A stretch of 64,000 bases of DNA, taken from an uncultured Candidatus Saccharibacteria bacterium. GTDB taxonomy: Bacteria > Patescibacteriota > Minisyncoccia > Phycocordibacterales > UBA918. The position numbers were made by a program, and so were the translations under genes. Location of the stretch: contig CAYGKO010000001.1 of assembly GCA_964350735.1 (NCBI GenBank), positions 310,578-374,577 on the forward strand, in the 5' to 3' direction. Shown piece by piece: positions 48,796-57,010 of this stretch; the stretch's first letter is position 1, and each line of letters starts with the position of its first letter. The notes under the pieces were generated by a model that searched no databases, was not told where the DNA came from, and saw only the letters and a list, made by a program, of their open reading frames with translations.

Positions 48796-48829
48796 GGGCC
48801 GTGCGATGATAATCGCGCGGCTCTTTTTC
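48796..48829 (+). terminator. Rho-independent terminator
   Basis: gggccgtgcgatgataatcgcgcggctc + tttttc. A second hairpin, cacgcccgcaagggcgtttttg, lies at 48889-48909. Confidence 0.6.
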
Positions 48830-48916
48830 TTGGTTTATTATCTCAAGAATAGTTCGGATTTCGTCCCACACTGCCCGCACAGACAATCACGCCCGCAAGG
48901 GCGTTTTTGTATGTGC

Positions 48917-49026
48917 GGAGAGTAAAGTAACAGTCCGGGGGACTGTTACGTGGGATTCGAAAAGGTTGCCTGATATTTTCGCCAGAAAATATCGACAACC
49001 TATACTGCTCGTGTAGCGAGAGAAAT
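48917..49026 (+). repeat. Structured repeat unit, copy 2. It begins GGAGAGT and is immediately followed by the duplicated tRNA 3' end.
   Basis: Same conserved blocks as 16527-16650. The middle hairpin (gatattttcgccagaaaatatc within ggttg...caacc) differs in sequence from copy 1 but keeps the structure. Confidence 0.6.
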
Positions 49027-49068
49027 TCCCTTACTCTCCGCCGTTTAGAGCTAGCACGAGACATTATG
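49027..49068 (+). repeat. attR-like direct repeat: duplicated tRNA 3' end plus the cacgagacattat core, followed by a terminator hairpin
   Basis: tcccttactctccgccgtttagagctagcacgagacattat. The hairpin agcacgagacattatgtttcgtgct + ggtttt lies at 49054-49084. Confidence 0.65.
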
Positions 49069-49097
49069 TTTCGTGCTGGTTTTGGTATAATTGCATT

Positions 49098-49541
49098 ATG
49101 GATTGGATCAGTGTCGTACAAAGTCTACTCGTCGCAGTCGTTACTGCTATTGTTGTGTCATTAATTAACCACTACTTAACAACGGCTCAGCGCAAGAAAA
49201 ACGAGATTCGAGAAATGAAACGTAAAGCATATTCTGAATTGTTAGACAGTTCCAGAGCGTTTTTGGATGATCCAAATCTAAGTAAAGATGAAAGGAGAGC
49301 TATAAAAAAGAAATTTTTAGAAAAATACTACAATGAAATTATCCTATTTGCCGATACTGATGTTCAGAATGGAATCGAGGATTTTGTAAAAACTGGGGGA
49401 GTGTCTTCAACAAATCCTGGTTCACAAGTTTCAAAACTTAAGAATATGATTATCTCTATAAGAAAAGATTTGGAATTTGAAGATTCAGTTTCAGAAGACT
49501 TTAAAATGTATTCTCTTGATATAGGTGAAGAAAGAGATTAG
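49098..49541 (+). CDS. Hypothetical protein with an N-terminal TM helix (single-gene cassette)
   Basis: 147-aa ORF bounded by core-motif repeats on both sides. Confidence 0.4.
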   Translation: MDWISVVQSLLVAVVTAIVVSLINHYLTTAQRKKNEIREMKRKAYSELLDSSRAFLDDPNLSKDERRAIKKKFLEKYYNEIILFADTDVQNGIEDFVKTGGVSSTNPGSQVSKLKNMIISIRKDLEFEDSVSEDFKMYSLDIGEERD

Positions 49542-49542
49542 C

Positions 49543-49728
49543 GCTCGAGACACTATTGTACCAAAATCTGAGAAGTAGCTAATCGGTCAAGCCTGGCTTA
49601 ACATCACACGGTTCTCACCACAAGAGTATTTCCGAAATTATATTCCAGTAAACTTTTATTAATTTCTAGGTCAACTCGAGACCGCCCGCAGATGCCAAAC
49701 CCCAACAGAGCTTAAGCTCTGTTGGGGT
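49543..49728 (+). repeat. Complex repeat (att-like), partner of 42732-42830. It carries a ~60-bp insertion and a terminal hairpin.
   Basis: gctcgagacactattg...gtagctaatcggtcaagcc...cacggttct...ctcgagaccgcccgcag, then aaccccaacagagcttaagctctgttggggtt. Confidence 0.6.
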
Positions 49729-49837
49729 TTGCTGCATTCTGCGCGAGAGTAAGGGGTTACTAATATTTTGCACCTTCGCCAGGAGTCACCTGGCGATCTA
49801 CATTTGTTTAATAGGTTTATGCTGCTATACTTTTTAT

Positions 49838-50302
49838 ATGAAAAAATTTCTATATCTAAACTTCAGCGTCCTGTTTTTGCTTGCTGCTCTGGTTATCTTT
49901 CCTAAAAGTTTGATTCAAGGTATTGGAATTTCAATCCTATTTACACCGTTGCTGCTCGTTTACATACTCCTGCTCGGAGCTGCGCTTGTTTTTGTTTTTA
50001 AAGCAAGAAATCCATTAAGTAAAATGGTTAGCAAGATACTTCTGGGAGGTAATTTATTGTTTATAGCACTCTTTGCTTTAGATGCTATAAACTTGAGCGC
50101 TTACCCTAGATATCTGCCGTTCTTTTTAATTTCTAAGCCGTTTTTTGTTGCATACCTGTTTTTGATTAGCGTCCTTAGTTTTGTGGCTCTGTTTAAACTT
50201 CAATTTTCATCGCGTGCAAAATTAGTAGTGATAGTAGCCGCCTCATTAATTTTAGTTTATTCAATTGTTCTGTTTCGGGCACATATAAACTTGATGCAGT
50301 AG
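49838..50302 (+). CDS. Hypothetical multi-pass membrane protein (single-gene cassette)
   Basis: 154-aa hydrophobic ORF lying between core-motif sites. Confidence 0.4.
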   Translation: MKKFLYLNFSVLFLLAALVIFPKSLIQGIGISILFTPLLLVYILLLGAALVFVFKARNPLSKMVSKILLGGNLLFIALFALDAINLSAYPRYLPFFLISKPFFVAYLFLISVLSFVALFKLQFSSRAKLVVIVAASLILVYSIVLFRAHINLMQ

Positions 50303-50321
50303 TTCTGAAGTTGTTAAAACA

Positions 50322-50337
50322 GCACTCGAGACTTTAT
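50322..50337 (+). repeat. Partial copy of the core motif (gcactcgagactttat)
   Basis: Matches the gc(a/t)cgagac core of the sites at 16965, 42732, 49057 and 49543. Confidence 0.35.
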
Positions 50338-50430
50338 TCATCAGTCGTTATCAATCTTGGATATAAAAAACAAGCGGATCGAAGCATTAAACTAATCACT
50401 CAATTAGAGCAGCGGTAATATACTCACTCT

Positions 50431-51075
50431 ATGAATATTCTCTCTCGGCCGGTCTACATTGCTGTTGCTGCTATGGCGGCGACGGTAATCATTTCCAATA
50501 TATTAGTGCAGCATCTGTTTGGAAATTGGTTAACGCTCGCTGCGTTTACCTACCCGATCGCTTTTTTGATTACCGACATCACGAACCGTACAATGGGGAG
50601 TAAGAAGGCTAAGCAGGTTGTACTTGTCGGATTTGTTGTAGGAGTTGTATGTTCACTGATCGCCTCCCAGATAGTGAATGCAGATGGGGCGGCTTTGACC
50701 ACGCTCCGGATTGCTATAGGGTCAGGGACGGCCTTCTTGATCGCTCAGCTGGTAGACGTGTCTGTTTTTAACCGATTGCGAAATAGGGTCTGGTGGCGAG
50801 CGCCGCTTACGTCCACACTGGTTGGAGCGACTCTTGATTCAATTATATTTTTTACGATTGCCTTCTCAGCCATATTTGTTTTCATCGACCCGACTGACCC
50901 TAATGGTTGGGCTCTCGATTTAGTCCCACTTCTGGGTGTTGGCCCACTACTGCCACTTTGGGTAAGTTTGGCGGTGGCTGATTTTATAGTGAAGCTCTCG
51001 GTAGCACTTTTGGCTCTTATCCCATTCCGGCTGCTTACAAAGCAGAAGGAAACTACGACATATGGAATTAATTAG
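50431..51075 (+). CDS. YhhQ/DUF165-family membrane protein (queuosine-precursor transporter family)
   Basis: Six TM helices with the conserved N-terminal ISNIL...AFTYP region typical of the family. Confidence 0.5.
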   Translation: MNILSRPVYIAVAAMAATVIISNILVQHLFGNWLTLAAFTYPIAFLITDITNRTMGSKKAKQVVLVGFVVGVVCSLIASQIVNADGAALTTLRIAIGSGTAFLIAQLVDVSVFNRLRNRVWWRAPLTSTLVGATLDSIIFFTIAFSAIFVFIDPTDPNGWALDLVPLLGVGPLLPLWVSLAVADFIVKLSVALLALIPFRLLTKQKETTTYGIN

Positions 51076-51367
51076 TACATCTCTTGGTCAAATGATCGTC
51101 GCTATTTTTGTTGTAATAAACACAGCTGCCTTTTGGGTGATGGCTTACGACAAACGAAAAGCGGTACGTGGATATAATGCTGAGCGTACGCCGGAGGGAG
51201 TACTGTTTTTTATGGCAGCACTTTTCGGGAGTGGGGGCGTATATCTGGGTATGTTTATCTTCCGGCACAAGATTCGCACCTGGTATTTCCAGCTCGGCAT
51301 CCCACTTCTTATATTGCAGAATGCGGCGACAGTATATCTGGTGTGGGAGATGATACAGATGCTATAA
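51062..51367 (+). CDS. DUF1294-like small membrane protein
   Basis: AYDKRKA...RTPE motif in a three-TM, ~100-aa protein. Confidence 0.45.
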   Translation: MELISTSLGQMIVAIFVVINTAAFWVMAYDKRKAVRGYNAERTPEGVLFFMAALFGSGGVYLGMFIFRHKIRTWYFQLGIPLLILQNAATVYLVWEMIQML

Positions 51368-51534
51368 ACTAAGACTCGTATTCTGCAATTGCGTCCATAA
51401 ACTTTTGCCAAATTTCTTTAGTTTCTTGTCGCCGACACCGTTTGTCCAGCGATTTGCCCAAGGGCAGAACAAATCGGGACATAAATTCAGAATAGTCGCC
51501 ACGCTCGTTTCTTCATTTAATTTCTAAAAACGCT

Positions 51535-53145
51535 TTAGCCGCCTTCGTACTCTTTGATTGCTGACATAAAGGTAGCTCCAAATTTTTTCAACTTTTTCTC
51601 ACCCACACCGTTTATTTTCAGGAAGGCGGCTTTGGTTTGGGGTTTGTGTTGGCACATGCCGCGGAGTGCCTTGTCGCCGAATACTATATATGGTGCGACG
51701 CGCAGGCGCTTTGATTCGCGCATCCGCAGTTGCTTGAGGATGTCAAAGAGATCACTATCGTAGTCGCCGTCGTCCACACTTGTTGTGCGACGATTTGATT
51801 TGAATGGACGCGACTTTGCTTTCACAGTTGCTGGCTCGAGGGCATCAAAGGTGATGCAACGGTCGCAGTTGACGCAATTGTCTGCTGCGTAGTCTTCATT
51901 AAAATATTGCAGCAGGAACTTTCGTCGACAGGAACTTAGTCTGCCATACTCGAGGGTTTGGTCGAGATTACTTTGCGCTTGAGCCTTTTCTTCTGCGTTG
52001 CTGATCAGGCTGATGAAATAATCTTGTTTGTATTTGTCGGCGTTCGAGAAAAGTAAGACGCAGCGGGCAGGGAGTCCATCACGGCCGGCGCGGCCAGTTT
52101 CTTGGTAGTAGCCTTCGATTGATTTGGGGAGGCTGTGGTGTATGACTAAACGCACGTCAGGTTTGTCGATCCCCATCCCGAAGGCGATCGTGGCGACCAT
52201 GATATGAATCTCGTCACGAATAAAAGCGTCTTGGTTGTCACATCGCTTGTCGGCAGATAGTCCAGCGTGGTAGGTGCCGGCCCGGTGGCCTTCGGCCTTG
52301 AGTTTCTTTGCTAGATTCTCAGTGTCTTTGCGGGAGAAGCAGTAGATGATGACGCTTTCTTTTGGGTAGAGCTCGATGAGCGACAGGATGGTACCAAAGG
52401 ATTCTTTTTTAGGCAGGACTTCGTAGCTGAGGTTCTCGCGGTTGAAGCTCGAGGTAAAGATATGAGGAGCGGGGAGGTTGAGTTGCTTCACAATGTCGTC
52501 GCGGACTTTCTGAGTAGCTGTCGCTGTGAGAGCAATGATCGGGACAGTGGGGAAGTTGGTCCGTAATTGATTGAGGTTGCGGTAGTCGGGCCGGAAGTCA
52601 TGACCCCATTCGGAAATACAGTGCGCTTCATCGATCGCGAAGAGACTGATTGGTAGCGTCTGTAGTAATTCTTGAAAGCCAGGGACGGACAACCGCTCTG
52701 GGGCAATATAGAGAAGCTTGGTGGTGCCACTTTGCACGTCGCGCAAGATCTGTACTTTTTCGTCGGCGGTCAAGGTGCTATTGAGATAGGCAGCGTTGAT
52801 ACCGTTCTGTTTCAGCGCATCAACCTGATCTTTCATCAGGGAGATGAGTGGTGAGACTACGACTGTTAGACCGTCTTGGAGCAGAGTCGGCAGCTGAAAA
52901 CACAGTGACTTACCACCACCAGTTGGCATCAGTACCAAACAGTCTTCTTTCTCAAGCACCCGCTCAATGATGTCTTGCTGCAGGGGTCGGAACTCGTCGT
53001 AGCCGAAGTGGGTTTTGAGGGTTTCGTGCATGTAAGACTGCAGTATCTCACGTTGCGCTGATATTTGAAATGAGTCTTGGTATGAAAGGTTTCGCTCGGG
53101 ATGCTCTGACCGGGATTGGCTACTTGTCCACAGCATAAAAACCAA
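51535..53145 (-). CDS. recQ: ATP-dependent DNA helicase RecQ
   Basis: Helicase motifs MPTGGGKSLCFQ and DEAHC, the zinc-binding region CxxCDxC, and an HRDC C-terminal domain. Confidence 0.9.
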   Translation of the reverse strand: MVFMLWTSSQSRSEHPERNLSYQDSFQISAQREILQSYMHETLKTHFGYDEFRPLQQDIIERVLEKEDCLVLMPTGGGKSLCFQLPTLLQDGLTVVVSPLISLMKDQVDALKQNGINAAYLNSTLTADEKVQILRDVQSGTTKLLYIAPERLSVPGFQELLQTLPISLFAIDEAHCISEWGHDFRPDYRNLNQLRTNFPTVPIIALTATATQKVRDDIVKQLNLPAPHIFTSSFNRENLSYEVLPKKESFGTILSLIELYPKESVIIYCFSRKDTENLAKKLKAEGHRAGTYHAGLSADKRCDNQDAFIRDEIHIMVATIAFGMGIDKPDVRLVIHHSLPKSIEGYYQETGRAGRDGLPARCVLLFSNADKYKQDYFISLISNAEEKAQAQSNLDQTLEYGRLSSCRRKFLLQYFNEDYAADNCVNCDRCITFDALEPATVKAKSRPFKSNRRTTSVDDGDYDSDLFDILKQLRMRESKRLRVAPYIVFGDKALRGMCQHKPQTKAAFLKINGVGEKKLKKFGATFMSAIKEYEGG

Positions 53146-53177
53146 AATTGTATTTTAGACGTATAATGCAAGTATTG

Positions 53178-53209
53178 GAGGCCGCCCTTTAAAGGGCGGC
53201 CTCTTTCGT
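53178..53209. other. Strong hairpin in the recQ upstream region (possible insulator or terminator)
   Basis: ggaggccgccctttaaagggcggcctc + tttcg. Confidence 0.35.
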
Positions 53210-53255
53210 GCCTCGGCACATAGTATTCATTTAATAATTAAACCAATTTATATTT

Positions 53256-53960
53256 ATGAGTAACGTAAAAGTAATTGAAAAACAGTTGACAGCTGTTCTG
53301 ATGGGAGCTGTCGCTTGTTTTGCATTTTTCGCCTTGAGTATCTCACCAGCCCAGGCTGAAGAGACAGACGGAGGAGAGCAAATGAATGGTGGACGGGAAG
53401 CGATGATGGAAAAGGTGCAAACGCTGCGGGCCCTGATTGAAGCGCGCCGGGGTGAAGTACAAGAAAATCAGGCTGAACGTAAAGAAGAGCGACAGGAAAA
53501 TCGAGCAGAATATAAAGAAGCGCAAAAAGAAAATAAAACCAACTTCATGGCCAGCATCGCTGACCTTGAAGGCGAAGAGAAACGAGCCGCAATCATGGAG
53601 TTCATGATGTCACTGCGAGCACAGATTGAAGAGCGGAAAGCGGCAGCAGAAGAAATGAAAGCTGAGGTGATGGACAACCGAGCTGAGCGTAAAGAAATGC
53701 GCGCAGACGCAAAAGCTGACTTTAAAGATATGACGCGAGAAGAGAAGATTGCCGCTATTATGGCCCGGATTGCTAAACTCCAGTCAGGCAATGACATGGA
53801 TGAGTCTGAAGACGAAGAAGAAATCGAATCAGAAGATTCTGATGAAACTGAGGAGTCAGACGATGACTCTGAAGACGCTGATGAGTCTGATGATGATTCA
53901 GAATCTGAAGAAGGGTCAGATGACGAAGATGACGCAGATGAAGCAGTGGCGGCAGAATAA
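53256..53960 (+). CDS. Secreted acidic coiled-coil protein with a low-complexity E/D/K-rich C-terminus
   Basis: Signal peptide, repeated ...ERKE...RAEYKE... heptad-like segments, and a C-terminal D/E/S-rich tail. Confidence 0.45.
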   Translation: MSNVKVIEKQLTAVLMGAVACFAFFALSISPAQAEETDGGEQMNGGREAMMEKVQTLRALIEARRGEVQENQAERKEERQENRAEYKEAQKENKTNFMASIADLEGEEKRAAIMEFMMSLRAQIEERKAAAEEMKAEVMDNRAERKEMRADAKADFKDMTREEKIAAIMARIAKLQSGNDMDESEDEEEIESEDSDETEESDDDSEDADESDDDSESEEGSDDEDDADEAVAAE

Positions 53961-53981
53961 TTTTGATTTGATCAAGATTAC

Positions 53982-54006
53982 AAAAAGACCCGTGAGGGTC
54001 TTTTTG
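53982..54006. terminator. Bidirectional terminator
   Basis: aaaaagacccgtgagggtctttttg. Confidence 0.7.
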
Positions 54007-54008
54007 TT

Positions 54009-54371
54009 TTAGTGTTTTTTACAAGTTCCTTTCAGTGTTAATTCAAAATCTTCAATAGAGAAATTTTTCAAACGGAGCATTTTCTTTACTTCTTCATCGG
54101 CTATTTCAAAGTGAAGGACTTTGTTGCAGTCATTGCAAATGGCGTGATGGTGGGGTTTTTCCTGATACTCGTATTCGGCTTCACCACTGGTGAGGTGAAA
54201 TTGCTTAATTAATTTCTCCTTAGTGAATAGCTCAAGGTTTCGGTAAATGGTCACTAAATCAATTGAGGGTAGGGCAGTGTGAATTTCTGCCGCCCGCATG
54301 GTGCCGGGTTGTTTTTTCAATACGTCGAGGATTGCTTGACGTTTTTTAGTAAGTCGGATATTCATATGCAA
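54009..54371 (-). CDS. Fur-family metalloregulator (probably Zur)
   Basis: Winged helix plus the metal-site motifs HHHAICNDCNKVLHF. It is divergent from the ZIP transporter gene. Confidence 0.8.
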   Translation of the reverse strand: MHMNIRLTKKRQAILDVLKKQPGTMRAAEIHTALPSIDLVTIYRNLELFTKEKLIKQFHLTSGEAEYEYQEKPHHHAICNDCNKVLHFEIADEEVKKMLRLKNFSIEDFELTLKGTCKKH

Positions 54372-54426
54372 ATGACTTGCATTATAGCAAGACCGCAGTA
54401 TACTAGCAATTGCAAATGATTTGCAT
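54366..54426. promoter_or_regulatory. Two tandem 16-bp operator-like repeats, TGCAAATGA(C/T)TTGCAT (the second contains a perfect 7-1-7 palindrome), in the divergent fur/ZIP promoter region
   Basis: atgcaaatgacttgcat (54366-54382) overlaps the fur start codon. TGCAAAT-G-ATTTGCA lies at 54411-54425. Confidence 0.5.
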
Positions 54427-54448
54427 TACTACTGTTTAAATTTTAATT

Positions 54449-55264
54449 ATGTTTTTAGATGCTATTTTAGCCGCGTGTGTAGTTGCCGCCGCTTCATTAG
54501 TTGGAGCGCTCTTTTTTGGGAATAGTCGCAGCTTAGTGGGTGTGCAACGATTTGTGGTGCCAGTAGCAGTTGGTGTTTTCTTGAGTATCGTATTATTCGA
54601 ACTGATTCCAGTAACTTTGGCTGCGGCACCGACTATTGGTGGAATTGTGATTGCGCTAGGGTTTGTGGCCTTTTATATTTTGGCTCAAGTACTGCATCAG
54701 CGGTATCACCATTTGGATGTGGCTGACTGTGACCGTCGGGGAGCAGCTGTCTTGCTGCTGGTGAGTAATACTATTCACGGAGTTGCCGATGGAGTGATCC
54801 TTGGAAGCGCATTTTTATTAAACCCGGCGGCCGGGTTTGCGGTCGCCGTGGGATTGGCGGCGCATAAAATCCCGTTGGAGATTGTGGAATTTGGTGTGTT
54901 GGTACGTGGTGGGTATTCTTACATGGAAGCAATTGTTCGAAACCTTCTCTCGTCTAGTAGTATTTTACTGGGAACAATTTTAGTATTTGTGTTGTCTGAA
55001 CATGCAATGGATTCAGTTTGGATTATTACTGGATTTGCGGCTGGTAATTTATTATTCTTGGCGGCTAGTGATTTGCTGCCTCGGATCCACGGAAATTTAG
55101 AAATGTATAGAAGTGTCTGGCACGCTACAGCTGCAATACTGTTTGGGTTTGTGGTTATGACCACGGTGCTTGTATGGAGTCATGAATTTACTCCGGCACA
55201 TGAGGGACACGATCATGGAATAGAATCGTCTGAACATCATGATGATCACGGACACGCACACTAA
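54449..55264 (+). CDS. ZIP-family zinc transporter with a His-rich C-terminus
   Basis: HKIPLEIVEF ZIP signature-like helix and a C-terminal HEGHDHGIESSEHHDDHGHAH. Confidence 0.65.
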   Translation: MFLDAILAACVVAAASLVGALFFGNSRSLVGVQRFVVPVAVGVFLSIVLFELIPVTLAAAPTIGGIVIALGFVAFYILAQVLHQRYHHLDVADCDRRGAAVLLLVSNTIHGVADGVILGSAFLLNPAAGFAVAVGLAAHKIPLEIVEFGVLVRGGYSYMEAIVRNLLSSSSILLGTILVFVLSEHAMDSVWIITGFAAGNLLFLAASDLLPRIHGNLEMYRSVWHATAAILFGFVVMTTVLVWSHEFTPAHEGHDHGIESSEHHDDHGHAH

Positions 55265-55278
55265 GAGGAGGTAGTAAC

Positions 55279-55311
55279 AAAAAAGCGCGACCTTAAGGTC
55301 GCGCTTTTTTG
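55279..55311. terminator. Bidirectional terminator
   Basis: aaaaaagcgcgaccttaaggtcgcgcttttttg. Confidence 0.75.
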
Positions 55312-55698
55312 TTAAGCGATTTCCAGCTTAGTTTTTATTTTTTCTACAATCTCAGTCAGCTTCCAGTCGGTCTTAACTAGGTATTCAAAATTGACCCCAC
55401 CTGGAATGACAGCATCAGATATTTTGCTAATGTCAGATTGAGCGGTCAACATCATGACTGGCACATTTACACCCCAGCCTGCATCAGTTCGAATTTGAGT
55501 CAGGGCTGCGACGCCGTCTACTTTTGGCATTTGTAGATCGAGTACCAGTAGATCAGGTTTTTCTACCGTAGCGACTGCAATTGCTTCAGCTCCGTCGGCA
55601 ACTGTAATAACTTCTAGTCCTGATGACCGGAGAGCGGTTGCTAAGGCTTCTCGTAAATCAGCTTCATCGTCGGCAACTAAAACTTTTTTTGTATCCAT
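55312..55698 (-). CDS. Single-domain response regulator (CheY-like receiver)
   Basis: VLVADDE...D (DD pair), the phospho-acceptor Asp in LLVLDLQMP, and a conserved T/K. Confidence 0.8.
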   Translation of the reverse strand: MDTKKVLVADDEADLREALATALRSSGLEVITVADGAEAIAVATVEKPDLLVLDLQMPKVDGVAALTQIRTDAGWGVNVPVMMLTAQSDISKISDAVIPGGVNFEYLVKTDWKLTEIVEKIKTKLEIA

Positions 55699-55714
55699 AT
55701 AGTCGAATTGTACC

Positions 55715-57007
55715 TTATGTTCGAGGGATGCTGACCGTAAAAGTAGTGCCTTGGTTAATAACGGATTGTACCGCTATGGTACCGCCCAGTTTTTCGATTG
55801 CTTGCGACACTATATATAGTCCCAGGCCAGTCCCTTCGGTCACTTCATTTTTAGCATTAGTGGCGCGGAAGAACTTACTAAACAGCTGTGTCTGCTCAGC
55901 CTCAGGGATACCCATGCCAGTATCGGTGACCGTGAAAGTGATTTGATGTTGATCAGCTGTATAGGCAACCGTAACGGCACCAGTGTCTGGTGTGTACTTA
56001 ACCGCATTAGAAACGAGGTTGCTGATAGCATTATGAAGAAGGTGTTCATCAGTTTTGAGTGTGAGTGTGCCGCCAGGATAGTTTTTGTTAAACGAAATGT
56101 TCTTGCGGGCAATACGTTCGGTAAATTCTTCATAGATTTTTTCCAGAAACGAATTCAGCTCAACTGAAATAATTTCAGTTGCAAAAGTTCCCATTTCCAG
56201 TTGTGAGACATCAAGGAAGTCGTTGATGATTAGATTCATCTTTTCGGTATTGCGGGAAATTTTTTGGAGGTACGCTTTTTGCTCTACAGTCAGCGGCCCT
56301 AAGTTTTCTCCCGCCATTAATTCAATGTTCCAGCGCATGGCTGATATTGGAGTTCGTAATTGATGTGAGGCGAGACTGACAAATTCACTCTTGGCTTTGT
56401 CGACTTCTTTTTGTTTAGTAATATCAAATAGGGTGAGCAGACTTTCCTGGTTGTGACCGTAGGGAAAAGAGGAGAGTAAGGCCCACTGAATCGCACCACT
56501 GGTGTTTTGAGTGGAAATCTCTTCGTCATTTATATATTGACCGCGACGTATAAGAGTTGGCAGGAGTTCAGATTTTTGGGTGTCACTAACAGTGAGTAGA
56601 GAAAAAATATCGAGACCATCTAGGCGGCCTTCTTCCACTTTAAAGAATCGCAACATCGCATTGTTTACTGAAATGATCGTACCGTTACGTTTCATGCGCA
56701 AGTAGGGGACGGGACTGTTTTTGTAGAGCTCATGAAAGAGCTCATTAGAGGCGGTCAGGTCTTCGTTCATCGCTGCAGCAATTATGCGAGCGGTGCCAGT
56801 AGTATGAAGCAGTTGAATGAGGTTGGTGACAGTCAGAAAAATGATCGCAAGGAAGCAGTAGGCAAAATATTTTGCTGTTGTGTGCGCAGGGTCTGGAAAT
56901 AGATAACCAATGATTAGAAATCCGCCAATGATCAAAAGACTTAGGAAGACCAATAAAAATATTTTTGGAGATGTGCTCACTCGCATATGCTCCATATATC
57001 GTAGCAT
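55715..57007 (-). CDS. Sensor histidine kinase (TM + PAS-like + HisKA + HATPase_c)
   Basis: H-box SHQLRTP, N-box NLVSNAVKYT, and G-boxes DTGMGI and GTGLGL. Confidence 0.8.
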   Translation of the reverse strand: MLRYMEHMRVSTSPKIFLLVFLSLLIIGGFLIIGYLFPDPAHTTAKYFAYCFLAIIFLTVTNLIQLLHTTGTARIIAAAMNEDLTASNELFHELYKNSPVPYLRMKRNGTIISVNNAMLRFFKVEEGRLDGLDIFSLLTVSDTQKSELLPTLIRRGQYINDEEISTQNTSGAIQWALLSSFPYGHNQESLLTLFDITKQKEVDKAKSEFVSLASHQLRTPISAMRWNIELMAGENLGPLTVEQKAYLQKISRNTEKMNLIINDFLDVSQLEMGTFATEIISVELNSFLEKIYEEFTERIARKNISFNKNYPGGTLTLKTDEHLLHNAISNLVSNAVKYTPDTGAVTVAYTADQHQITFTVTDTGMGIPEAEQTQLFSKFFRATNAKNEVTEGTGLGLYIVSQAIEKLGGTIAVQSVINQGTTFTVSIPRT

Positions 57008-57010
57008 GCA

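Noticed and set aside
48917-49045. Possibility that the structured repeat plus tRNA-like end is a tmRNA (ssrA), a classic island integration site
   Set aside because: The ggattcgaaaag block resembles the tmRNA GGAUUCGAC box, but there is no T-arm, no pseudoknot series and no recognisable tag-peptide reading frame ending in ...LAA in either copy. The call is left as an unexplained structured repeat.
49027-50340. Classical integron (IntI + attI + attC cassettes)
   Set aside because: No tyrosine IntI-type integrase or attC-like imperfect palindromes are present. The only recombinases are serine-type, so only the cassette-like layout is reported.
53468-53797. Antisense 109-aa ORF within the acidic secreted protein gene
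   Set aside because: A low-complexity Ser/Ala/Arg reading of the opposite-strand E/K-rich repeats, which is a shadow ORF.
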